From assembly GCA_016176295.1 (NCBI GenBank), contig JACOXN010000009.1:3798-67797 (forward strand): a stretch of 64,000 bases of DNA, read 5' to 3'. The notes under the pieces are model-generated. The model was not told the origin of the DNA. It ran no database searches and worked only from the letters and a program-made list of their open reading frames with translations. The stretch comes from Candidatus Giovannonibacteria bacterium. Lineage in GTDB: Bacteria; Patescibacteriota; Minisyncoccia; UBA11713; 2-01-FULL-45-33. The position numbers and the translations under genes are program-made. Below, one piece after another: positions 33,653 to 42,352 of the stretch (the stretch's first letter is position 1; each line of letters begins with the position of its first letter).

Positions 33653-34978
33653 ATGGATAATAAACTGGAAAAAGTAGCGAGCCTTTGTAAACGAAGAGGT
33701 TTTATATTTCAAGGCTCCGAGATATACGGGGGGCTTTCTGGTATATACGATTATGGCCCCTTAGGCACGGAATTGCGGCATAATATCAAACAATATTTTT
33801 GGGATAAATTTATCGGTGAGCGAGATGATGTTTATGGGATGAGCGCCGCTATACTCATGCCGGAACGCGTGTGGGAAGCGTCCGGACATACGGAACTTTT
33901 CACCGATCCTTTGGTGGAGTGTAAAATCTGCCATGAAAGGGTCCGGGCCGACCAGCCCGAAGCGATTTCGGACCACGAAGCAAAGCACAAAAAAGATAAG
34001 GTGGAATGGTCCGAGGCGAAAGTTTTTAATCTGCTTGTGGGTAGCAAATTAGGAGCATCGGAAGCGACTGCTTCCCAAGTTTATTTAAGAGGGGAGATAA
34101 CCCAGGGAGTGCACGTAAATTTTAAGAATATTGTGGATTCCATGCACCCTAAACTGCCATTCGGCATCGGACAGATCGGCAAAGCCTTCCGGAACGAAAT
34201 AACTCCGCGCGATTTTCTTTTCCGCCAGCGCGAGTTCGAGCAAATGGAACTTCAATACTATATAAAGCCTGATGAGGAAAAAGGAAAAGCAGCTTTCGAA
34301 TATTGGAAAAATTTTGCTCTGGATTGGTATTACGGCCTTGGTTTTAAAAAAGAAAATTTGCGTTTGAGGCAGCACGCGCCCGATGAGCGGGCGCACTACG
34401 CCAAAGACGCGTGGGATATCGAATACAATTCTTCTTTTGCCGGATGGAAGGAGGCGTGGGGGATCCATCACCGCGGAGATTGGGATTTGAAAAGGCACAG
34501 CGAATACTCCAAAGTCGATCTTTCGTACTACGACGAAGAATCAAAAGAAAAATATATACCATGGGATATCGAATGTTCCGGAGGCGTTGACCGGGCGGTG
34601 CTTTTTGTGCTTCTGGAAGCGTACTCGGAAGATGAATTGGGCGGGGAAACAAGAACATTTCTCAAGTTAAACCCAAAAATAGCGCCGGTAAAGACGGCGG
34701 TTTTTCCGCTTCTCAAAAATAAACCGGAGCTTGTGGCGAAAGCTAAAGATGTTTACACTTTGCTGAAAAAAGAGATACCGCAGACTATGTTCGACGACAA
34801 TGGAAACATCGGAAAGCGATACCGCAGGCAGGATGAAATCGGAACTCCATCCTGCGTTACCGTGGATTTCCAGACTTTGGAAGACAACACCGTAACCGTC
34901 CGCGACCGCGATACCGGAAAACAGGAAAGACACAAAATTGAGGAGCTTGATGAACACTTCAGGAAGATGCTAAAGTAA
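33653..34978 (+). CDS. glyQS: glycyl-tRNA synthetase (dimeric class II type)
   Basis: RRGFIFQGSEIYGGLSGIYDYGPLGTELRHNIKQYFW and FRNEITPRDFLFRQREFEQMELQYY. Confidence 0.9.
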   Translation: MDNKLEKVASLCKRRGFIFQGSEIYGGLSGIYDYGPLGTELRHNIKQYFWDKFIGERDDVYGMSAAILMPERVWEASGHTELFTDPLVECKICHERVRADQPEAISDHEAKHKKDKVEWSEAKVFNLLVGSKLGASEATASQVYLRGEITQGVHVNFKNIVDSMHPKLPFGIGQIGKAFRNEITPRDFLFRQREFEQMELQYYIKPDEEKGKAAFEYWKNFALDWYYGLGFKKENLRLRQHAPDERAHYAKDAWDIEYNSSFAGWKEAWGIHHRGDWDLKRHSEYSKVDLSYYDEESKEKYIPWDIECSGGVDRAVLFVLLEAYSEDELGGETRTFLKLNPKIAPVKTAVFPLLKNKPELVAKAKDVYTLLKKEIPQTMFDDNGNIGKRYRRQDEIGTPSCVTVDFQTLEDNTVTVRDRDTGKQERHKIEELDEHFRKMLK

Positions 34979-35003
34979 CTGCAGAAATGTTAAAATTTAT
35001 TCA

Positions 35004-36275
35004 ATGAATTACGAAAAAAGAACTCTCAAAAACGGCCTCCGCGCGATTGTGGCGCCCATGAAAGATTCGCCTTCAGCGACTCTGCTCGTCCTTTTCGGCA
35101 CGGGCTCCAAATATGAAACCAAACGGCTGAACGGCATTTCACATTTTCTCGAACATTTGTTTTTTAAAGGTACCAAACATCGCCCGAAGCCCGGGCAGGT
35201 CCACAAAGATCTTGACCGTTTGGGTGCCCAGCATAACGCCTTTACTTCTAAAGAAATAACGGGCTATTACGTGAAAGCGGCTTCCAAACATTTTGATGTG
35301 TCGCTGGACATCGTTTCCGATATACTTTTGGAACCGCTCTTCATTAAAGAAGAGATAGAAAAGGAGAGGGGGGTGATCCTTCAGGAAATATCCATGTATG
35401 AAGACGACCCTAGAAGGCAGGCATTCGAAGTCTTTGAAGAGCTTCTTTACGGCGACCAGCCCGCAGGCTGGGACACCGCCGGATATCCGCATACCGTAAA
35501 AAATATTGAGCGCAATGATATTTTAAAATATCGCGCTTCACACTATCTTACATCCAACGCCGTTGTCATCGTTGCGGGAAATGTGGACCCGGAAGAAACT
35601 TTTCAAAAAATAGAAAAATCTTTTTCCAAAATGAAAGACGGCAAAAAAGTTGAAAAGATAAAGACAAAAGAAACCCAAAAAACTCCTAAAATACTTCTAA
35701 AGAAAAAAGAAGTGGATCAGGCGCACATACGCCTGGGGGTCCGGTCATATGATATGTTCGACAAGCGAAGATATGCCGCAGCGGTGCTGCAGACTATACT
35801 GGGAGGCAACGCTTCAAGCCGCCTTTTCATGGAATTAAGGGAAAAGCTGGGGCTCACTTATTATGTGATGGCTTCGCTTGAGGAATATTCGGATAGCGGT
35901 TATCTCGTGGCGGCGGCCGGCGTGCCACACGACTCATCCCAAAAAACCGTCGAGAAGATGGTAAGCATTTTTACGGACCTGAGGAAAAAAGGAGTGACCG
36001 CGGAGGAGCTCAAATTTGCCAAAGAATTCATCCGGGGCTCGATGGCTCTTCAATTTGAGTCCACGGATGAAGTCGCGATGTTTCTGGCATCGCAGGAGAT
36101 ATTTAGGAAAAAAATAATGACGCCAGAAGAGTTGCTAGCCAAAATCGAGGAAGTTGAAAAAGACGACATTGCGCGCATTACCAGAGACATTTTCCAGCCA
36201 CAAAAACTCAACTTGTCCGCCATCACGGCTAACACGGAGGAAAAGCCATATGCTAAAATATTAAGATCTATTTAA
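35004..36275 (+). CDS. M16-family zinc peptidase (pitrilysin-like)
   Basis: Inverted zinc motif GISHFLEHLFFKGT (HxxEH). Confidence 0.85.
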   Translation: MNYEKRTLKNGLRAIVAPMKDSPSATLLVLFGTGSKYETKRLNGISHFLEHLFFKGTKHRPKPGQVHKDLDRLGAQHNAFTSKEITGYYVKAASKHFDVSLDIVSDILLEPLFIKEEIEKERGVILQEISMYEDDPRRQAFEVFEELLYGDQPAGWDTAGYPHTVKNIERNDILKYRASHYLTSNAVVIVAGNVDPEETFQKIEKSFSKMKDGKKVEKIKTKETQKTPKILLKKKEVDQAHIRLGVRSYDMFDKRRYAAAVLQTILGGNASSRLFMELREKLGLTYYVMASLEEYSDSGYLVAAAGVPHDSSQKTVEKMVSIFTDLRKKGVTAEELKFAKEFIRGSMALQFESTDEVAMFLASQEIFRKKIMTPEELLAKIEEVEKDDIARITRDIFQPQKLNLSAITANTEEKPYAKILRSI

Positions 36276-36293
36276 TAACTTCAGTTTAACGGA

Positions 36294-37343
36294 ATGAATC
36301 CCCAAAAGCCAAATTTAATAGAGATCTCCTTTTTCACGATTTTTAAGGCGGCTTTGTTGCTCCTTTCGCTTTGGGTCTTGTGGTTCTTGAGGGATTTTGT
36401 AGGAGTGATGCTGCTCGCGATAGTCATCGCTTCGGCTTTGGAGCCTGCCGGGCGATGGTTCGTTAAACACAGGATTCCGCGCGTTATAGGCATCGTTTTT
36501 GTGTATCTTTGCACCTTCTTCCTTTTTTTGACGGTTTTTTATCTTTTGATACCGCCGCTTTTCGGAGATGTTTTGGCATTCGTTTCCGATCTTCCAAAAT
36601 ACATTGACGACATCCTTAAGCCGGACGGGCCGCTATTTTTGCTGTTTCCGACGCTTCCCGCCGTTTTCAGCAATCTGATGCAGGGCGTTTCGACTTCGCT
36701 GGAAATTCTTGTGGTTAATTACGCCGACAATATTTTTAAGGCCGGCTCGGCGCTTGCCGGCGGCGCTTTGTCTTTCATTCTGCTCATCGTGATATCTTTT
36801 TATTTGTCGGTACAAGAGAGGGGCATTGAGAACTTTTTAAAAATTGTGACGCCTCTCGAGCACGAGCCATACATTTTGGATCTTTGGCAAAGATCACAAA
36901 GGAAGATCGGTCTCTGGATACAAGGCCAGATGCTTCTGGGCGCAATCGTCGGGATGATTGTATTTATTTGCCTTACGCTTCTGGGAATTAAGTATGCCTT
37001 TTTATTGTCCATTCTTACCGCGCTTTTTGAAATAATACCGGTGTTTGGGCCGGTAATGGCGGCAATTCCGGCCATCGCAATTGGGGCTCTGCAGAGCCCC
37101 ACTTTCGGTCTCTTGGTATTGGGATTATATATATTGGTGCAGCAAATAGAGAATCACTTGATCTATCCGTATGTGATGAAAAAGACCGTCGGTGTGCCGC
37201 CGCTTCTTGTTGTCGTGTCGCTTGTCGTTGGGGGGAAGCTCGGCGGCTTCATGGGAATAGTTTTGGCCGTGCCCATAGCGGCTGTCCTTGTTGAATTTAT
37301 GAAAGACCTAGAATCAAAAAAAAGGCCAAAGTCCAATGACTGA
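36294..37343 (+). CDS. AI-2E family transporter (PerM/UPF0118)
   Basis: Polytopic protein with QIENHLIYPYVMKKTVGVPPLLVVVSLVVGGKLGGFMGIVLAVPIAAV. Confidence 0.8.
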   Translation: MNPQKPNLIEISFFTIFKAALLLLSLWVLWFLRDFVGVMLLAIVIASALEPAGRWFVKHRIPRVIGIVFVYLCTFFLFLTVFYLLIPPLFGDVLAFVSDLPKYIDDILKPDGPLFLLFPTLPAVFSNLMQGVSTSLEILVVNYADNIFKAGSALAGGALSFILLIVISFYLSVQERGIENFLKIVTPLEHEPYILDLWQRSQRKIGLWIQGQMLLGAIVGMIVFICLTLLGIKYAFLLSILTALFEIIPVFGPVMAAIPAIAIGALQSPTFGLLVLGLYILVQQIENHLIYPYVMKKTVGVPPLLVVVSLVVGGKLGGFMGIVLAVPIAAVLVEFMKDLESKKRPKSND

Positions 37344-38895
37344 CAAAGAAAAATTTTATATCACCACTTCCATACCGTATCTAAACGGCTCTCCGCACCT
37401 GGGTTTCGCGCTTGAGGCCGTGCAGGCTGATGCCATTGCGCGCTATGAGCGTTCTTCGGGTAAGGATGTTTTTTTTCTTTCCGGCACCGATGAACACGGA
37501 GTGAAAGTCGCGCGCGCGGCGGAAGCCGAGAGCAAGGATCCCAGAGAATTTGTCGACGAAAAATCCGCTTTATTTTCGGAGTTGCTTAAAAAACTTTCCA
37601 TTACCAATGATCTTTTCATACGCACAACGGATAAGGAGCTCCATTGGCCTGGCGTTGAAGCTTTGTGGAAAAAAATGGCGGAGAGCGGAGATATCTACAA
37701 AGGCTTCTACTCCGGCTTTTATTGCGTGGGTCACGAAGCTTTCATAACCTCGAAAGACATTGCGGACGGCGTTTGCGCGCTCCACAAAAAGGCTCCGGAG
37801 AAAATCGAAGAAGAAAATTATTTCTTCAAACTGGCAAAATACGCTCCGGAAATAAAAAAGCTCATTCAAAGCGGCGGAGTAAAAATTCTGCCGGAGTGGC
37901 GCATCCCGGAGATAATAAATATGCTCGAAGACATTCCTGATATTAGTTTTTCACGCCCGTCAAAGGATCTCGCCTGGGGCATTCCGGTGCCCGGCGACAA
38001 TTCTCAGACAATTTATGTGTGGGCGGACGCTTTGCCCAATTACATAACCGGTTTGGGATATGGGCGAGGCGGGGTAAATTATCAAAAATATTGGCCGGCC
38101 GATATGCACGTTATCGGCAAGGATATAGTAAAATTTCATGCGGTGTTCTGGCTGGGAATGCTTCTTTCCGTCGGACTCCCGCTTCCTAAAAATATTTTCA
38201 TCCATGGGTTCATCAACGTTAAAGGGGAGAAAATGTCTAAATCCATCGGAAATGTCATCGACCCTTTTCCTTTGATTGAAAAGTTTGGAGCCGACGCCGT
38301 GAGGTTTTATCTCTTAAACGAGATATCCACTTTTTCAGACGGAGATTATAACGATGGGCATTTTAATGATGTTTACAACGGCAATCTTGTGCACGGCGTG
38401 GGTAACCTTCTTTCCCGCGTGCTTAAGATGATGAGCAGCTATACCGAGATACCGAAGCCGAAAGAGGAAGACCTCACCCGGTTCCCGTTCAGGAAAGATC
38501 TTGATTTTTTGAGCGTGAGCAGGAAGGCAGTTTCCATTGAGGAGGTTTCGCCGTCATTCCTTGCGGACAATATTTTATGGCCTTATTACAGGAGTGAAAT
38601 GGATAAATTCGAGCTTGCTTCGGCTTCGCAGGCCGTGTGGGCGTTCTTGAGAAAGCTGGATGAATACATCGAGGACTACAAACCTTATAAACTGCTGAAA
38701 ACCGAGGAAGAAAGCGCCAAAATCATACTCTGGCATCTTGCGTATTCATTGGTTTCGGCAGCCTGGATGATAAAACCTTTTCTTCCGGAAACTTCGGATA
38801 AAATTCTCCATGCTTTGGGGGTGAGCGCGGAGAGCCAGGAGCCGTGGGCCAAATTTACCGCCAAAGAAACCATGCATCTTTTCCCAAAGATTTAA
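37336..38895 (+). CDS. metG: methionyl-tRNA synthetase (short form)
   Basis: FYITTSIPYLNGSPHLGF and KMSKSIGNVIDP. Confidence 0.9.
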   Translation: MTDKEKFYITTSIPYLNGSPHLGFALEAVQADAIARYERSSGKDVFFLSGTDEHGVKVARAAEAESKDPREFVDEKSALFSELLKKLSITNDLFIRTTDKELHWPGVEALWKKMAESGDIYKGFYSGFYCVGHEAFITSKDIADGVCALHKKAPEKIEEENYFFKLAKYAPEIKKLIQSGGVKILPEWRIPEIINMLEDIPDISFSRPSKDLAWGIPVPGDNSQTIYVWADALPNYITGLGYGRGGVNYQKYWPADMHVIGKDIVKFHAVFWLGMLLSVGLPLPKNIFIHGFINVKGEKMSKSIGNVIDPFPLIEKFGADAVRFYLLNEISTFSDGDYNDGHFNDVYNGNLVHGVGNLLSRVLKMMSSYTEIPKPKEEDLTRFPFRKDLDFLSVSRKAVSIEEVSPSFLADNILWPYYRSEMDKFELASASQAVWAFLRKLDEYIEDYKPYKLLKTEEESAKIILWHLAYSLVSAAWMIKPFLPETSDKILHALGVSAESQEPWAKFTAKETMHLFPKI

Positions 38896-39062
38896 TTCAA
38901 ATCATTCCCAAATTGCTCCACGTGCTGCAGTTTATGAAAATCATAGACACCTCGCTTAACGAAAAATATTAAACTCGCCTGCAGGCTCGAACAGCAATAT
39001 TTTTCTGCTCGGTTTCTTGATTTTCAATAAACTTACGCAAAATCGCAATTTTGAAATGTATT

Positions 39063-39071
39063 TGATAATAT
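39063..39071 (+). promoter_or_regulatory. extended -10 box (TGaTAATAT) 6 nt upstream of the tatD ATG
   Basis: TGATAATAT aaatct ATG. Confidence 0.45.
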
Positions 39072-39077
39072 AAATCT

Positions 39078-39923
39078 ATGCCAAAATTAATTGACGTTCA
39101 CACGCATGTTCATTTCGCCGCATATGACACCGATCGCGACATGGTCATTAAACGCGCCCTCGAAAAAGGGATCTGGCTCATAAATGTCGGCACGCAAAAG
39201 AACACTTCTCAAAATGCGGTGGAACTCGCACATAAATATGAAGGAGTTTGGGCTTCTATCGGGCTTCACCCAATACATACGGAAAAAAGTTATCATGACT
39301 CCAAGGAATTAGGAAGTTCTTCAGCCGGAAATGAGGCGAATGGTTTTATTTCCCGTGAAGAAAGCTTCGACTACGATTTTTATAAAAAATTAGCCACAGA
39401 CCCAAAGGTTGTAGCCATCGGCGAGTGCGGTCTTGATTACTACCGTTTGACCGAAGAAACTAAGCACCGCCAGGCGGAAGTTTTCGTAAAGCAGATAGAA
39501 CTTTCCAGCGATATTAAAAAACCTCTGATGATACATTGTAGGGAAGCATTTCACGACCTGGTGGATATTTTAAACGCCAACCGTTCACGCCTGAACACAG
39601 GTAACCCCGGCGTTATTCATTTCTTTTCCGGGACTTTGGACGATGCCGCGCACCTGATGGATATGGGTTTTTCTTTTTCTTTCGGCGGGGTGGTAACGTT
39701 CGCGCGCGCATATGAGAAGCTGGTGAAGGGCCTTCCACTGGAAAGGATAGTTCTTGAGACCGACGCGCCTTACGTAACGCCGCAGTCCCACAGGGGGGAG
39801 AGGAACGAGTCGTTATTTGTTGAAGAAGTGGCGCAGAAAATTTCGAGAATAATGGATAAAGATTTTGAGGAAGTCGCGGCACAAACTACCGAAAACGCCG
39901 TCAAAATTTTCGGACTAAAATAA
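39078..39923 (+). CDS. tatD: TatD-family metal-dependent DNase/hydrolase
   Basis: LIDVHTHVHF, AIGECGLDYYR, PLMIHCREA and LETDAPYVTP. Confidence 0.88.
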   Translation: MPKLIDVHTHVHFAAYDTDRDMVIKRALEKGIWLINVGTQKNTSQNAVELAHKYEGVWASIGLHPIHTEKSYHDSKELGSSSAGNEANGFISREESFDYDFYKKLATDPKVVAIGECGLDYYRLTEETKHRQAEVFVKQIELSSDIKKPLMIHCREAFHDLVDILNANRSRLNTGNPGVIHFFSGTLDDAAHLMDMGFSFSFGGVVTFARAYEKLVKGLPLERIVLETDAPYVTPQSHRGERNESLFVEEVAQKISRIMDKDFEEVAAQTTENAVKIFGLK

Positions 39924-39944
39924 AAAAGGCTTAGCGCCTTTTTT
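39922..39944. terminator. bidirectional hairpin terminator between tatD and the convergent small gene
   Basis: AAAAAAGGC-TTAGC-GCCTTTTTT. Confidence 0.6.
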
Positions 39945-40203
39945 CGTATGCCTGGCCGACTCTGTCCGCCACTTGCGGACGATAGAAAGTTTGATAGTAC
40001 ATTTTTCCGTCTTTAGTCTTGAATGATAGGCGCACGCAGTCGGGGAGGAGGTAGTCGATACTATTGAGCAATTCATTATTTGCCTTGCTGTTCTGGACCA
40101 GTTTAACTGTCAGTACAGGATTATCCGTGAAACCGAGGAATTCATCAACTCTCGTTTCAACTGGGCTTATTTTAACTTCGGCTGTCATGATTTGCTGTTC
40201 CAT
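39931..40203 (-). CDS. small hypothetical protein (90 aa)
   Basis: Part of ORF 39931..40266. I prefer ATG 40203 (MEQQIMTAEV) because GAGAGG lies upstream. I recognise no family. Confidence 0.45.
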   Translation of the reverse strand: MEQQIMTAEVKISPVETRVDEFLGFTDNPVLTVKLVQNSKANNELLNSIDYLLPDCVRLSFKTKDGKMYYQTFYRPQVADRVGQAYEKRR

Positions 40204-40317
40204 TGTTTTCCTCTCATACAAATTTGTTTTCTGTATCAAAGTTAACAAAGTGTCTTCCTTTGTCAATCTATTTTATAAAAACCCCGCCGGTTTGTCGGAG
40301 GGTTTGGGTTTTTGAAG

Positions 40318-42015
40318 TTATTCTCTATCTAAATAAGGAGGGGCGAAGTCGGTGGGTTTTACCAATGTTTGGCCGATTGTTCGCGGCTCGGTCCATTGGT
40401 AGAGGTTTAGCCGCCAACCGACCTTACTATTGGTTCCTGATTTTCGTCCGCCGGAGAAAGGCTGTGCCGCGACCATGGCTCCGGTTGTCTTCCAGTTGTA
40501 AATATTTCCCGCCGCGTACTTAAGTTCGTCGAGTGCCTCACAGAATTGGTAGATATCATCCGTATGTACCGCCCCCGTGAGAGCATAGGGCGAGGTTTCG
40601 TCGCATAGTTTGAGGACCGTTTTTTCGAACTTACTACGAGGCAGTATACAGATGGTTACGATGGGCCCGAAGATCTCTTCTTCCATTGTTTTGGCATGCG
40701 GATCTTTCGTAACCACCACGATCGGTTGAATGAACCAGCCTAAAGCTCTGCGATTTATGTTGCCGCCAACGTAGATCGCAGTCCAGTGTTTACCATTTGC
40801 TGCCAGCTCATAGTAACCAAGTATCTTTTTGTGCTCTCTTTCATTGATGGATGCGCCCATGTAATTCCGGAAATCAGCAACGTCGCCAACCCTAATCTTG
40901 TCCATAAAGTTCAACAACGGTTTGCGGACTTTTTCCCACATGTCGCAAGACATGTAGACCCGTGAGGTAGCGGAGCATTTTCTTCCTTGTGCTCCGAATC
41001 CACCCACAACGATTGCTGCTGCCGTGGCTATCGGATCGTGTTTGTCGTAAACCACTATCGGGTCTTTGCCGCCGGTTTCGCCCACAATTCGCGGGTAACC
41101 GCGATACTTTTCTATATTTTGACCGATTCGCTTGTGGAACTCGTTGAATACATCGGTTCCGCCGGTGAAATGCACTCCGGAAAGCATTGGGCTTTCCAGG
41201 ATAACGTCGCTGATCATCTTCGAATCGCCGTGGAGCACCGCGAGAACGTCTTTTGGAAGCCCCGCTTCATGCAGAATTTTTAGCACCAAATGGAAGGAAT
41301 AAACCACGTCGGATGAAGGCTTAACAATTACGACGTTTCCCATGATCAGGGGAGCCGTCGGCAGGTTTCCTTCGATGGCGATGAAATTATTCGGCGGAAC
41401 AGCGTAGACGAAACCCTCAAGCGGCCGGTAGTCCAGCATGTTGACTGTATCGACGTTGCTAGCCGGCTGTTCGGCGTAAATTGTGGAGGCGAAGTAGCAG
41501 TTGAAATTCCAGAAATCGATGAGCTCCTGGACATCAATGAACGCCTCATACGGATTTTTGCTGTAGTCTTCCATGACCGCGGCCACCAGTTTAAAGAGAT
41601 ATTTGGTTTCCAGAAGCCGCGCGGCCGTTTGGAAAATGCTTAACCTGAACTGCCAGGGAAGACTTTGCCATTTCTTGCGGGCGTTGAGGACCGTCTTTAT
41701 GGCATGCGCCACATGAGATTCTTTCGCGCACGAATAGTAGGCAAGCACCCGTTTAAAGTCATGCGGCGCGGTGCATTGCTTTTGGTCGTTGCCATTAATG
41801 ACCGGCTCTCCTATCCACAGTGGAAGCGTCTCTATGTCGTTGGTGGTTTTTGGCCTTCTGATGTTATCAATTTCCCGCAGAAGCTCGCTTCGTTCTTTTG
41901 TTCCGCTTGCGAAACTTACAAAAGGGGAGTTCTCAGGTTTTCTGATATGTGGCACATTGTTTAGCATTAAAGACATAAGTTTCTCCTGTTTTTGTCTTGT
42001 TAAACTTTTCAGCAC
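40318..42015 (-). CDS. aldehyde dehydrogenase, ALDH4-type 1-pyrroline-5-carboxylate (glutamate-semialdehyde) dehydrogenase
   Basis: Catalytic Glu in VGETGGKDP and Cys in GAQGRKCSATSR. The long N-terminal region resembles ALDH4A1-type P5CDH. Confidence 0.75.
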   Translation of the reverse strand: MLKSLTRQKQEKLMSLMLNNVPHIRKPENSPFVSFASGTKERSELLREIDNIRRPKTTNDIETLPLWIGEPVINGNDQKQCTAPHDFKRVLAYYSCAKESHVAHAIKTVLNARKKWQSLPWQFRLSIFQTAARLLETKYLFKLVAAVMEDYSKNPYEAFIDVQELIDFWNFNCYFASTIYAEQPASNVDTVNMLDYRPLEGFVYAVPPNNFIAIEGNLPTAPLIMGNVVIVKPSSDVVYSFHLVLKILHEAGLPKDVLAVLHGDSKMISDVILESPMLSGVHFTGGTDVFNEFHKRIGQNIEKYRGYPRIVGETGGKDPIVVYDKHDPIATAAAIVVGGFGAQGRKCSATSRVYMSCDMWEKVRKPLLNFMDKIRVGDVADFRNYMGASINEREHKKILGYYELAANGKHWTAIYVGGNINRRALGWFIQPIVVVTKDPHAKTMEEEIFGPIVTICILPRSKFEKTVLKLCDETSPYALTGAVHTDDIYQFCEALDELKYAAGNIYNWKTTGAMVAAQPFSGGRKSGTNSKVGWRLNLYQWTEPRTIGQTLVKPTDFAPPYLDRE

Positions 42016-42248
42016 TCTCCGTCCCAGCCGTTTGGTTCAGCGGATACCGGAGGGCATTCCGGCGGCACGCTTTTGGGCTGCCTGTCCTCTAAGACATCGA
42101 AAACGTGCTGGAAACTGCTCCGTCCGTAACTCCAAATATCGGGTATCTTATTGTGGTCGATTCCAATATTCATCTGCGCATGCATAATAAACCTGCGCAG
42201 CACTTTTTCCATGTCGCTCTCGTTTATTGTTGGCTTGGCCATTTTCAT
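42009..42248 (-). CDS. small hypothetical protein (79 aa), apparently translationally coupled to the ALDH gene
   Basis: AAGGAGAATG RBS. Its stop overlaps the ALDH start by 7 nt. The C-terminus is Cys/Pro-rich. Confidence 0.5.
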   Translation of the reverse strand: MKMAKPTINESDMEKVLRRFIMHAQMNIGIDHNKIPDIWSYGRSSFQHVFDVLEDRQPKSVPPECPPVSAEPNGWDGEC

Positions 42249-42352
42249 TCTCCTTATGTTTTCAAGTTGCCTTCGGTAATCAGGCCTGGATTTAATATAC
42301 CGCCCTTAACTTCATTGTCAATTAGGAAAAAAATTGGTATTTTAAGATTAAT

